Below are positions 19,062-29,882 of a stretch of 64,000 nt of DNA, in pieces (positions within the stretch are counted from its first letter, which is position 1; each line of letters begins with the position of its first letter). Source of the stretch: Deltaproteobacteria bacterium (GTDB lineage Bacteria; Desulfobacterota; Binatia; Binatales; Binataceae); contig JAJYRQ010000015.1 of assembly GCA_021794015.1 (NCBI GenBank), forward strand, positions 8,154-72,153, in the 5' to 3' direction. The notes below the pieces were generated by a model, which saw only the letters and a program-made list of their open reading frames with translations, had not been told where the DNA came from and did not search any database. Position numbers and translations under genes: made by a program.

Positions 19062-19222
19062 TCAGTAGAGTCGGTTGATGTCTTGCCCTTGGGGCGGTAG
19101 CGCAAGGGGCCGGGCCGCGCAGCCGCCAACCTGCTCAAGCGGCCCGGCCCCTTGCTGGTCTGCAAACTCTTTAGGCGTCAACGCGCCCAGGCTCCAATGC
19201 GGGGGGCGCCAGTTGTAATCTT
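19062..19222 (-). pseudogene. IS3-family transposase (rve integrase core) C-terminal remnant, ~50 aa
   Basis: Minus-strand translation ...RQDYNWRPPHWSLGALTPKEFADQQ...* matches the conserved C-terminal YN.ERPH..LGY.TP.EF motif of IS3/IS2 OrfB. No N-terminal part and no orfA. A possible element end begins TGACCTGCACC at ~19033. Coordinates follow the ORF track; my hand count of this region is ambiguous by 1 nt. Confidence 0.55.
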
Positions 19223-19388
19223 GGCGCCAAACCAGCGCGCCGTCGTTACGCTGCGCGATGTCGAAGGTTTCGCATCCGACGAAGTTTGCAACATTCCGGG
19301 GATCAACGAGACTAATCAGCGCGTCCTGCTGCATCGCGGAAGGTCGAAGGTCCGGCAGGCGCTCGAGGGGCCCCTGAGCCGGAAGTGA
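19221..19388 (+). pseudogene. ECF sigma factor C-terminal fragment (region 4 only), truncated at its 5' side by the IS remnant
   Basis: LAPNQRAVVTLRDVEGFASDEVCNIPGINETNQRVLLHRGRSKVRQAL is a sigma-70 region 4.2 HTH. The upstream in-frame stop at 19098-19100 and the opposite-strand transposase homology leave no room for region 2. GTGA overlap with the downstream anti-sigma gene. Confidence 0.55.
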
Positions 19389-19624
19389 ATCCGATGCTGA
19401 CCTGCAAAGAGCTAACCGAGGTGATCACCGATTATCTGGAGGGCCGCCTAACGCTGGGCAGGCGCCTGAGCTTTCGGTTGCACGTGATGATTTGCCGCCC
19501 CTGCCGCGCGTACTTGCGGCAGATGAGGCTGACAATCGGCGCGCTCGGGGCACCGCCGGCTGAGCCTGTGCCGCCAGAGGTCCTCGAGGAAATGCTGCGC
19601 CGCTTCAGGCACTGGCAGCGCTAA
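19385..19624 (+). CDS. Zinc-finger (zf-HC2, ChrR/RsrA-like) anti-sigma factor
   Basis: N-terminal CKELTEVITDYLEGRL...H.MICRPCRAYL has the H-x3-C-x2-C anti-sigma signature. 79 aa. Immediately 3' of, and coupled to, the sigma fragment. Confidence 0.6.
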   Translation: MNPMLTCKELTEVITDYLEGRLTLGRRLSFRLHVMICRPCRAYLRQMRLTIGALGAPPAEPVPPEVLEEMLRRFRHWQR

Positions 19625-19915
19625 CCGGCGCCCGCAGGCGGCCTCAAACGGCGCATGCGCGGTTCGCTGCCGCGGCAATCGGCCCAACTGACCGCATTTC
19701 CGGCAGCAGAGGGGATTGACCCGCGCGGGCAGGTCAGATAGGTTGGTTTGAGTCGCCGGTTGTTGTGCTCGGGAAAGTGCGTGTGGGTTGCGCTTTCCTG
19801 GCCCACTCGGCGCTGCGCGAAAAGGATGTCCGCACTCAGCCTCATCGTTGGTTCAGCCGGCGCGACCGTATGGTCGCAAGCTGGCGGTTTGGCCTTTGAG
19901 GCTTGCCTCTCCTGT

Positions 19916-19952
19916 TGTTGTTCTGCCCCTGGCAACATGCGGCAGAACAACA
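19916..19952. repeat. Perfect 12-bp inverted repeat TGTTGTTCTGCC-N13-GGCAGAACAACA in the cysH leader
   Basis: Read directly: 19916-19927 is the exact reverse complement of 19941-19952. The spacer is CCTGGCAACATGC. The repeat lies ~260 nt upstream of the cysH start. Confidence 0.6.
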
Positions 19953-20208
19953 TTCATTGATCGTCCCAAACAATTTGCAGTTTTCGTAATCTCGCGGCCT
20001 AGCCGGCACCGGCCGGCGCGCGGGCATCACAGTTCCTCGGCGACCCGCGCCCGGTAAAGCCAGACCCCCCGGCTGTTGCGTACGCGCCCCAAAGCGCCGG
20101 GGTGCAAATCGGCTCTGCCGCATACCACCGGAGCGCCAACGACCGATCGGACAACCGAATGGAAAAACAACAGCACCAGCGCCCGGCCGCCTCCAGTCGA
20201 GCCGGGCG

Positions 20209-21210
20209 ATGAACAGGGATTACAGCCCCATAATGCCCGCACCAAGGCCGGGCAAACCGCCGGCCGCCGTTGCCGCAACCGCCGGCACTGCCGCCTTGGC
20301 AAGGCAGACCCCCGCCGGGCAACTCATCCGGCCCGCGTCACAGGAGCGCCGGGGGAACTGGACGGCGCCGCAGACAAACGCAAAGGACCGTGTTGCCGCG
20401 TTCAACCAAGCAGAAGAGGCCGACACCTTGGCCGAGCTCGAGCACCGCAGCGCATCCGAAGTGCTGGCCTGGGCGGTCGAGCGCTTCGGCTCGCGGCTCG
20501 GCCTCTGTTCGAGCTTTCAGGCCGAGGGATGTGTGCTCATCGACCTGGCCGTCAGGCTCGATCCCAGCATCCGCGTTTTCACGATCGATACCGGCCGGCT
20601 GATGGCCGAGAGCTACGAGCTTATCGAGCGGATGCGCGAGCGCTACCGCGTCGAGATCGAGAGCTTCGCGCCCGACACGGAAGCGCTGGAGCGGATGGTC
20701 AGCCGTCACGGCCCCAATCTTTTCTACCGCGACGTGGAGTTGCGGCTGCTGTGCTGCCAGGTGCGCAAGGTGCTGCCGCTTAGACGCGCGCTTGGGAACT
20801 TCAGCGCCTGGGCCACCGGGCTCAGGCGCGAGCAGTGGGCGACCCGCGCACAGGTTCGCAAGGCCGCAATCGACCATCAGCACGGCGGCATCGTCAAGTT
20901 GGCTCCGCTGGCCGACTGGAGCGAGACGCAGGTGTGGGAGTACATCGCAGCGCACAACGTCCCCTACAACCCGCTCTACGACCGCGGCTTCAAGTCGATC
21001 GGATGCGCGCCGTGCACGCGCCCCGTAGCCCCTACGGACCACCCGCGCCAAGGGCGCTGGTGGTGGGAGAACAACGCCGCCAAGGAGTGCGGCATGCATC
21101 ACTGCGCGACCAGGACTGCAGCGCTCGACGACGACCTCGCCACGTTGCCGCGCAGCGACCGTCCCCAACCGCCGGCCGCGCATCGCGCCGGCACGGAGGC
21201 CCGCCGATGA
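20209..21210 (+). CDS. cysH: Phosphoadenosine phosphosulfate / adenylylsulfate reductase (thioredoxin-dependent, Fe-S type)
   Basis: PAPS-reductase fold (CSSFQAEGCVLIDL, VFTIDTGRL). Cys pairs LLCCQVRKV and SIGCAPCT plus C-terminal KECGMH, typical of cluster-containing assimilatory APS reductases. Long N-terminal extension; the true start may be internal. Confidence 0.85.
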   Translation: MNRDYSPIMPAPRPGKPPAAVAATAGTAALARQTPAGQLIRPASQERRGNWTAPQTNAKDRVAAFNQAEEADTLAELEHRSASEVLAWAVERFGSRLGLCSSFQAEGCVLIDLAVRLDPSIRVFTIDTGRLMAESYELIERMRERYRVEIESFAPDTEALERMVSRHGPNLFYRDVELRLLCCQVRKVLPLRRALGNFSAWATGLRREQWATRAQVRKAAIDHQHGGIVKLAPLADWSETQVWEYIAAHNVPYNPLYDRGFKSIGCAPCTRPVAPTDHPRQGRWWWENNAAKECGMHHCATRTAALDDDLATLPRSDRPQPPAAHRAGTEARR

Positions 21211-21623
21211 GCCGCAACCAGCTCGCGCCGGAACAACCCGCCGCCCTCGACGCGCCGCACCGGTCGCCGCCCGCTTCAGCCGGCCGTCTGGCCGCGGCGC
21301 AGGCAGCGCGCAGCGGGCCTCACCCCGGAGCTGGTTGCGGCCCAAGCTGCGCCGGTGGCCAGGCGACGCGCACGCGCCGCGGCACACTGCTCAAAGCGCT
21401 AACCTGGCGGGTGGTCGCAACCGCCGACACCTTCCTTTTGAGCTACCTCATCACCGGAAGCATCAGGTGGGCGGGCTCTATCGGCTTGGCCGAGTTTGCG
21501 ACCAAATTTCTCCTCTACTACCTGCACGAAAGAGCCTGGTCTGCCCGGCTCGGGTCGGCCCGCCAGGCGCATCCCGCGGCCTGCCTGGTTGCCGATAACG
21601 CACGACGGGAGGAAGCGGCATGA
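21207..21623 (+). CDS. DUF2061-family small membrane protein with Ala/Pro-rich N-terminal extension
   Basis: C-terminal LLKALTWRVVATADTFLLSYLITGSIRWAGSIGLAEFATKFLLYYLHERAW matches the DUF2061 two-helix signature. ATG 21207 overlaps the cysH stop (ATGA). The true start may be a later non-ATG codon. Confidence 0.6.
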   Translation: MSRNQLAPEQPAALDAPHRSPPASAGRLAAAQAARSGPHPGAGCGPSCAGGQATRTRRGTLLKALTWRVVATADTFLLSYLITGSIRWAGSIGLAEFATKFLLYYLHERAWSARLGSARQAHPAACLVADNARREEAA

Positions 21624-22371
21624 GGTACTTTCCACTGTTCCTCGATCTGCGCGGCCGGCGGGTTCTGGTCGTCGGCCGCGGCGCGGCTGCCGCGCAAAAA
21701 GCGAAGCTTGCCCAAGAGGCCGGCGCAACCGTGGTCCGGGTTGCAAGCGGCGTCGCCGCTTGCAACGGGGCGCGCGGCGCGCCGGGCCCGGCTTGGTCCG
21801 GCCGTTTCGCGGCCAAAGACCTGCAAGGATGCGCGCTCGTTTTCGTCTGCGGAGCCGACCCCGCCACGGCGCGCCGCGTATCGCGAGCCGCCAAGCAGCG
21901 CGGCGTTGCCGTCAACGTTCAGGACCGTGCCGAACTCTCGACCTTCGTTATGCCGGCCATCCTGGACCGCGACCCGGTCACGGTGGCCGTCTCGACCGGC
22001 GGCGCCTCTCCGATGCTTGCACGGGTGATCCGCGACCGCGTGGCCGCGGGGCTGCCGGCTGCCACTGGCCGTCTGGCCGCGGTCCTGGGTGAATTTCGGC
22101 CGCAAGTGGCAGCGCGGATCGGATCGTTTGAGGGACGCCGCCGGTTCTGGAAAAGGGCGGTCGCCCTTGGCCTTGGCGCCGGCTGGCCCGGCGACGCTCC
22201 GTTTGGTCACCGCCTCGCTCGGCTGCTCGATCGCTTTTCGTTAGCGGCCGGCGGCCCCTCCCCTGTTCTTTCCAGCAACGCTCGACCCGAGCGGTTGCCG
22301 GCGCCCTCCGTCTCTCTTGCGAGCGCAAAGAAGAGAGCGTCGGCCTTAAACCGCGATGAAGGAGTATCCCC

Positions 22372-22375
<4 letters not shown>
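21620..22375 (+). CDS. sirC: Precorrin-2 dehydrogenase / sirohydrochlorin ferrochelatase (siroheme synthase N-terminal domain type)
   Basis: MRYFPLFLDLRGRRVLVVGRGAAAAQKA is the classic CysG N-domain start. ATGA overlaps with both neighbours. Confidence 0.75.
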
Positions 22376-24255
<1,880 letters not shown>

Positions 24256-24322
24256 GCCGCACCGCTGGGCAGGCTCCGCCGATGGCCGGCGCAAGCGGCG
24301 GCTGCTAAAATCTTAACGCACC

Positions 24323-25459
24323 ATGGAGCCGCTCAAACGCACATCGCTTTACGATACCCACCGGCGTTTGGGCGCGCGCTTCACCGCATTTGCCGGCTTC
24401 GAGATGCCGGTGAGCTATGGCGGCATCGTCGAGGAGCATCTGGCGGTGCGCCGCGCGGCAGGGCTGTTCGACTTAAGCCACATGGGGGAATTCGAGCTTT
24501 CGGGGCCGCCGGGCCTGGCGCTTCTGGAACGCGCGCTCAGCAATTCCGCCGCGCATCTCGCGCCCGGGCGCGCACAGTACACCCTGATGTGCGCCGAGGA
24601 CGGCGGCACCATCGACGACCTTATCGTCTATCGGCTCGACCTTGAGCGCTACCTGGTGTGCGTCAACGCGGCCAATATCAAAGCCGACCGGGAGGAGTTC
24701 CTGAGCTTGGGCGGGGATCGCGTGGGCCTTAGCGACCGAAGCGCGGAGACCGGCCTGCTGGCGCTTCAGGGTCCCGCAGCCGAGCGCATCCTGGCCGAGC
24801 TGGCGCCGCCGGAGGTTTGTCGCCTGGCACGGTTCGCCGTGGCAGAAGCCGAGCTGGCTGGCTTGAGCTGCGTAATTGCGCGTACCGGCTACACCGGCGA
24901 GGACGGTTTTGAAATCTTCGTTCCCGCCGAGCAGGCGGCGTCGCTTTTCGAGGCCTTGCTCGAGCGCGGCGCGCGCTTTGGGCTTAAGCCCTGCGGCCTG
25001 GGCGCCCGCGACACGCTTCGGCTGGAGGCGGGGCTGCCGCTCTACGGCCACGAGCTTGACCGCGCGATTTCGCCGCTGGAGGCTGGGCTCGGCGCCTTCG
25101 TAAAACTTGAGCGCGATTTTGTCGGCGCATCGGCGCTTAGGCGGCAAGCCCAGCAGGGCACGGCCCGCCGCCTGGTCGGTCTTTTGACCGACGACGCTCG
25201 CACGCCCGCGCGCCAGGGCTATCCCGTGATGAGCGACGGGCGCCGGGTCGGGGCTGTAACCAGCGGCAGCTACGCGCCGGCGCTCAGGCGGCCGGTGGCG
25301 ATGGCCTACGTGGAAACGGCCTTCCTGGCCGGCAACGATATTGCCGCCTCTGCCCCGGTAACGGTTGAAGTGCGGGGGCGTCTTGTCGCGTCCCGACTTG
25401 CTTGCTTGCCGTTCTACCGCCGGCCGGCTAAGAAACAAGCGGAGGCCGCCGATGCTTAA
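24323..25459 (+). CDS. gcvT: Glycine cleavage system T protein (aminomethyltransferase)
   Basis: TSLYDTHRRLGARFTAFAGFEMPVSYGG..., ARTGYTGEDGFEI, ARDTLRLEAGLPLYGHEL. Confidence 0.9.
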   Translation: MEPLKRTSLYDTHRRLGARFTAFAGFEMPVSYGGIVEEHLAVRRAAGLFDLSHMGEFELSGPPGLALLERALSNSAAHLAPGRAQYTLMCAEDGGTIDDLIVYRLDLERYLVCVNAANIKADREEFLSLGGDRVGLSDRSAETGLLALQGPAAERILAELAPPEVCRLARFAVAEAELAGLSCVIARTGYTGEDGFEIFVPAEQAASLFEALLERGARFGLKPCGLGARDTLRLEAGLPLYGHELDRAISPLEAGLGAFVKLERDFVGASALRRQAQQGTARRLVGLLTDDARTPARQGYPVMSDGRRVGAVTSGSYAPALRRPVAMAYVETAFLAGNDIAASAPVTVEVRGRLVASRLACLPFYRRPAKKQAEAADA

Positions 25460-25525
25460 GCTTGCGCGCCCTGAGGGACAAAGCGCCCGCATTCAGCCGG
25501 GAAAGCCGCCAACCACCCGGTCCGG

Positions 25526-26896
25526 GTGAGTTTAGTCGCGATGCGATTTTTTCCTCATACTGCAGCCCAGGTGGGCGCGATGCTCGATGCGATCGGGGTC
25601 GCGCAACTCGACGACCTCGTCGCCTCGGTGCCGGCTGAGCTCCGGGCGCGCGCCCAACTCAGGCTTGAGGCCGGGCGCAGCGAAGCCGAGGTTGCGGCCG
25701 AAGCTTCAGCGCTTGCCGAGCTCAACCGCGGCGCGCGCGGCTTTGCCAGTTTTCTCGGCGGCGGCTTTTACCGCCACTACGTTCCGGCGGCGGTGAGCGC
25801 GGTCCTAAGCCGCGCCGAGTTTGCCACCGCATATACGCCGTACCAGCCCGAAGCAAGCCAGGGAACCACCCAGGCCATCTTCGAGTTTCAAACCCTGATA
25901 GCGCTGCTCACCGGACTGGACCTTGCCAACGCAAGCATGTACGACGGCGCCTCGGCCGTGGCCGAGGCCGTACTGATGGCGCGCCGGGTGACCGGCAAGA
26001 GGCGGCTGGTGGCGCTGGCCCGCTCGCTCTGGCCCGACTACCGCGAAACCGTACAGACCTACCTGAGCGCCTTTGGCGACTTGGAAACGGTGGAAATCCC
26101 CTACGACGACACAACCGGCCTGCTCCGCCTGGACCGCCTCGAAAGCCTCCCAGGCAAGGAGCTTCTGTGCGCGGTGGCCGGTTATCCAAACGGCTTCGGC
26201 ACGATCGAGCCCCTCGGCAAGATCGCCGAGATCGTCCACCGGCACGATGCGCTGCTCGTCAGCGCAACCGCCGAGGCGCTCGCGCTCGCGCTGCTTAAGC
26301 CGCCCGGCGAACTGGGCGCCGATATCGCCGTGGGCGAGGGACAAAGCTTCGGGCTTGGGCTGAATTTCGGCGGGCCCGGGCTCGGCTTCATGGCCTGCCG
26401 CAGCGAACATGTCCGGCAAATGCCCGGACGCCTGGTCGGTCAAACCCGCGACCGGCAGGGACGGCAAGCCTTCTGCCTGACTCTGGCCGCGCGCGAGCAG
26501 CATATCCGGCGCGAACGCGCGACGTCGAACATCTGCACGAATCATTCCCTGTGCGCGCTGGCGGCGACCGTCTACCTCTCGCTGCTCGGCAAGCACGGGC
26601 TAAGAGAGCTTGCCGAGCGCAACGTTCAGCTCGCCCACCAGGCGGCCACTCGGCTTGAACAGCGCGGAGTGCGCCGGCGTTTTAGCGGGCCGTTCTTCAA
26701 CGAATTCGCGCTCGCCCTTGACGACCCGGCCGGCCGGCAGACCATTGCCGAGCGCGCCGGCTTGCTATTCGGTCCGGCCCTTGGCGAAAGCTACCCCGAG
26801 CTTGCGCAAAGCGCACTGATAAGCGTGACCGAAACCAACGATTCGCAGCAGATCGAGCGCCTGTGCGCCGCGCTCGCAACCAGAGAGGCGCCGTGA
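25526..26896 (+). CDS. gcvPA: Glycine dehydrogenase (decarboxylating) subunit 1
   Basis: YTPYQPEASQGTTQAIFEFQTLIALLTGLD, and the family size and sequence. Confidence 0.9.
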   Translation: MSLVAMRFFPHTAAQVGAMLDAIGVAQLDDLVASVPAELRARAQLRLEAGRSEAEVAAEASALAELNRGARGFASFLGGGFYRHYVPAAVSAVLSRAEFATAYTPYQPEASQGTTQAIFEFQTLIALLTGLDLANASMYDGASAVAEAVLMARRVTGKRRLVALARSLWPDYRETVQTYLSAFGDLETVEIPYDDTTGLLRLDRLESLPGKELLCAVAGYPNGFGTIEPLGKIAEIVHRHDALLVSATAEALALALLKPPGELGADIAVGEGQSFGLGLNFGGPGLGFMACRSEHVRQMPGRLVGQTRDRQGRQAFCLTLAAREQHIRRERATSNICTNHSLCALAATVYLSLLGKHGLRELAERNVQLAHQAATRLEQRGVRRRFSGPFFNEFALALDDPAGRQTIAERAGLLFGPALGESYPELAQSALISVTETNDSQQIERLCAALATREAP

Positions 26897-28476
26897 GCGA
26901 CATCAGAAGCGGCTTGCAGGCGGGCGGCAGTTCCCAAGCCAAAACCACCGGCCCAGGCGCCGCACCGACGCAAGGCCCGGCCGCCGGTTGGCCGGCCATG
27001 CCGGCACTGCCCGGCGCGGTGCCTTTGCTTTTCGTCGAGTCGGTAGCCGGGCGCCGAGGCGCCGATCTGCGCGCGTGCGGCGCGCCGCAGCCGCGCGCCG
27101 CGGCACTGGTCGGAGAGGAGTTGTGCCGCGAGGAAATCGCCGGCTTCCCGGAGCTCAGCGAGCCGCAGGTGCTGCGCCACTTCTTGCGGCTTTCGCAACT
27201 CAATTTCGCCCAGGCGCTCCAGTTCTACCCGCTGGGTTCCTGCACGATGAAGTACAACCCGGTGGTGAACGATCAGATGGCGGCGCTGCCCGGCTTTGCC
27301 GCGCTGCATCCGCTGACTCCCGCCCACCTGGCGCAGGGAGCGCTCGAGCTGATGGCGCGCCTGGAAGGCGCGCTGGCGGAGATCACCGGAATGGACGCGG
27401 TTTCACTGCATCCCGCCGCCGGAGCGCAGGGAGAGCTGACCGGGCTTTTGGTGGCGCGCGCCTACCATCGCAAGCAGGGCCGGATGCGCAGCAAGGTAAT
27501 CGTCCCCGACAGCGCCCACGGCACCAACCCGGCCAGTTGTTCGCTGGCCGGCTTCAGCATGACGGTGGCCAAATCCAACCGGCGCGGCTTTCTCGAGGCC
27601 AGGGAAATCGCCCGCCTGCTTGACGACGACGTGGCCGCTCTGATGGTCACCAACCCCAACACGCTCGGCGTTTTCGAACCCGAGATTGTCGAGATCGCCG
27701 CGCTGCTGCACGAACGCGGCGCCCTGCTCTACCTCGACGGCGCCAACATGAACGCGCTCTTGGGCGTGGCCAAGCCGGGCGACCTCGGCGCCGACATCGT
27801 GCAGCTCAACCTGCACAAGACGTTTTCCACCCCGCACGGAGGCGGAGGACCGGGCGCCGGTCCAATCGCCGTAAAGGCGCCCCTCGATCCATTTCTGCCC
27901 GTGCCGCGCCTGAAACGGACCGAAGCCGGCTGGATGCTCGATTCCAAGCGCCCCGACTCGATCGGGCGGTTGAGGTCTTTTTACGGCAACTTCGCGATGC
28001 TGGTCAGGGGGTACTGCTACATCCGCGCGCTCGGGACGGACGGCCTTGCCCTGGCCAGCCGCCTGGCAATCTTGAATGCCAACTACTTGCGCAAGCGGCT
28101 CGAAGACCTATACCCCAGCGCCACGGCCGAGCCCTCGATGCACGAATGCGTGCTTACCCATGATCTCGAAAAGCGGGCCGGCGTAAGCACCTTCGAGGTT
28201 GCCAAGCGGCTGCTCGACTTTGGCTTTCATCCGCCGACGATCTATTTCCCGCTGATCGTTCACGGCGCCCTGATGGTCGAGCCGACCGAAACCGAGAGCA
28301 AGGAAACGCTGGACGCTTTTGTCGATGCGATGCGGCGGATTCATGCCGAAGCGCTGACCACGCCCGAACTCTTGAAAGAAGCGCCGCATACGCTGCCCTT
28401 TAGCCGGATCGACGAGGTCGAGGCGGCGCGCCATCCGATACTGCGCTGGCGCCCCGAGGGCGAACCGCAGCGCTAA
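26863..28476 (+). CDS. gcvPB: Glycine dehydrogenase (decarboxylating) subunit 2 (PLP-binding)
   Basis: FYPLGSCTMKYNP, PDSAHGTNPAS, NLHKTFSTPHGGGGPG (PLP lysine region). Start overlaps the gcvPA 3' end; a GTG at ~26893 is possible. Confidence 0.9.
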   Translation: MRRARNQRGAVSDIRSGLQAGGSSQAKTTGPGAAPTQGPAAGWPAMPALPGAVPLLFVESVAGRRGADLRACGAPQPRAAALVGEELCREEIAGFPELSEPQVLRHFLRLSQLNFAQALQFYPLGSCTMKYNPVVNDQMAALPGFAALHPLTPAHLAQGALELMARLEGALAEITGMDAVSLHPAAGAQGELTGLLVARAYHRKQGRMRSKVIVPDSAHGTNPASCSLAGFSMTVAKSNRRGFLEAREIARLLDDDVAALMVTNPNTLGVFEPEIVEIAALLHERGALLYLDGANMNALLGVAKPGDLGADIVQLNLHKTFSTPHGGGGPGAGPIAVKAPLDPFLPVPRLKRTEAGWMLDSKRPDSIGRLRSFYGNFAMLVRGYCYIRALGTDGLALASRLAILNANYLRKRLEDLYPSATAEPSMHECVLTHDLEKRAGVSTFEVAKRLLDFGFHPPTIYFPLIVHGALMVEPTETESKETLDAFVDAMRRIHAEALTTPELLKEAPHTLPFSRIDEVEAARHPILRWRPEGEPQR

Positions 28477-28502
28477 GAGGCAATCTCCCGGGAGGGTCGC
28501 CG

Positions 28503-28964
28503 ATGGCTGCACCAAGGCGCTCAACCGCATCAGACAAGCATCCCCGGGCAGGGAGGCCCAGGCAGGTCACGCGCCAAGCCGCGCGCCTGGCCGCGCTGCT
28601 CGAACGGCTGCCGGAGCTGGCCAACGGCGACCGGAGGCTGGTCTGGGAGGGCCGCTTCTTCAGCGCCGACCTGCTGCTCGGCATCGATGGCCTCCAGCGC
28701 CTGCTGAGCGTGCGCGAGGGACGAGTAACCGGATTCGAGCGCGGACCGCTGCTGATGCGTTCGTGGTGCTTCGCGATACGCGCCAGCGCGCAGGCGTGGA
28801 GCCGCTTCTGGCAGCCGGTGCCTGCGCCCGGCTGGCACGATCTGTTCGCGCTCACCAAGCGCGGCGCGGCCTCGGTCGAGGGCGAGCTTACACCGCTAAT
28901 GGCCAATCTTCAGTACGTAAAGGACCTGCTGGCGCTGCCGCGCCGCCTGGTTAAGAGCACCTAG
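28503..28964 (+). CDS. Hypothetical protein, possibly SCP2 sterol-carrier-like domain
   Basis: 153 aa; WEGRFFSADLLLGIDGLQ...GELTPLMANLQYVKDLL loosely resembles an SCP2 fold. Family assignment is weak. Confidence 0.4.
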   Translation: MAAPRRSTASDKHPRAGRPRQVTRQAARLAALLERLPELANGDRRLVWEGRFFSADLLLGIDGLQRLLSVREGRVTGFERGPLLMRSWCFAIRASAQAWSRFWQPVPAPGWHDLFALTKRGAASVEGELTPLMANLQYVKDLLALPRRLVKST

Positions 28965-28967
28965 CCG

Positions 28968-29882
28968 ATGGCCGCTGAGTTGGAACCGATCACCGGGCGC
29001 TATCTGCGCCTTGAGCTCCAGGGCAGGCCGCATCGGCTCTATTTCGAGGAAGCAGGAACGGGAATTCCGCTGCTCTGTCTACACACTGCAGGCGCCGACG
29101 GCCGGCAGTTTCGTCATTTGATGAATGACCCGGAGATTACCGGGCATTTCCGCGTGCTGGCCTTCGACATGCCCTGGCACGGCAAATCTTTGCCGCCCGC
29201 CGGCTGGCAGCGCACTGACTATCGACTCACTACCGCGGCTTACACGCAACTCATCCTGAAGTTCTGCCAGGCGCTCGAGCTGGCGCGGCCGGTGGCGCTT
29301 GGCTGCTCGATTGGCGGCCGGATGATACTACACCTGGCGATCGAACATGCCGGGCGCTTTCGCGCGCTAATCGGACTTGAGGCCGCCGATTTCCAGGACC
29401 CATGGTATGACACGCAGTGGTTGGACCGCGCCGGCGTGGACGGAGGGCGGGTGTCGGCAGCCCTGGTGTCGGGACTTATCGCGCCGCAGAGTCCGGCCGA
29501 GAGCCGCCACGAAACGCTTTGGATGTACCGCCAAAGCGGCGGCGCCGTCTTCAAAGGCGATCTCTACTTTTACCGGGTGGAGGCCGACCTTCGCCCCCGC
29601 ATCGGACGCATCGACACGCGCCGCTGCCCGCTTTTCCTGCTCACCGGGGAGTACGACTTCTCCTGCACGCCGGCCGACACCCGGCGCACGGCGAGCAGGA
29701 TTGCCGGCGCCCGCGTCACGATCATGAAACAACTCGGCCATTTCCCAATGAGCGAGAATCCGGCGCAGTTCAGGCGCTACTTGTTGCCGGTGCTGGAAGA
29801 AATACGGGGGCTTGGCCGCAACCGACGCACAGGGGCAGCCGGCGGGACAGACCGCCGGCGCAGGCAAGGAAAAGGAAGATGA
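28968..29882 (+). CDS. Alpha/beta-fold hydrolase
   Basis: Nucleophile elbow GCSIGG (GxSxG), upstream HTAGADGRQF oxyanion region, C-terminal His region (KQLGHFP). Confidence 0.7.
   Translation: MAAELEPITGRYLRLELQGRPHRLYFEEAGTGIPLLCLHTAGADGRQFRHLMNDPEITGHFRVLAFDMPWHGKSLPPAGWQRTDYRLTTAAYTQLILKFCQALELARPVALGCSIGGRMILHLAIEHAGRFRALIGLEAADFQDPWYDTQWLDRAGVDGGRVSAALVSGLIAPQSPAESRHETLWMYRQSGGAVFKGDLYFYRVEADLRPRIGRIDTRRCPLFLLTGEYDFSCTPADTRRTASRIAGARVTIMKQLGHFPMSENPAQFRRYLLPVLEEIRGLGRNRRTGAAGGTDRRRRQGKGR

Noticed and set aside
19224-19334. N-terminal 35 residues of the minus-strand transposase-like ORF 19062..19334
   Set aside because: They are antisense to the well-conserved sigma region-4 HTH. The weak resemblance (ALVWRQDYN) is better explained as chance, so the transposase remnant is limited to ~19062-19222.
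19625-20208. SAM riboswitch or other riboswitch in the cysH leader
   Set aside because: I could not find the conserved S-box or SAM-II core sequences by eye. Only the inverted repeat is reported, and an Rfam scan is needed.
29417-29878. 154-aa extension of the binding-protein ORF (29417..31054), and ORFs 29367..29867(-) and 29377..29727(+)
   Set aside because: They overlap the alpha/beta hydrolase gene. The binding protein has a clean RBS, ATG and signal peptide at 29879.
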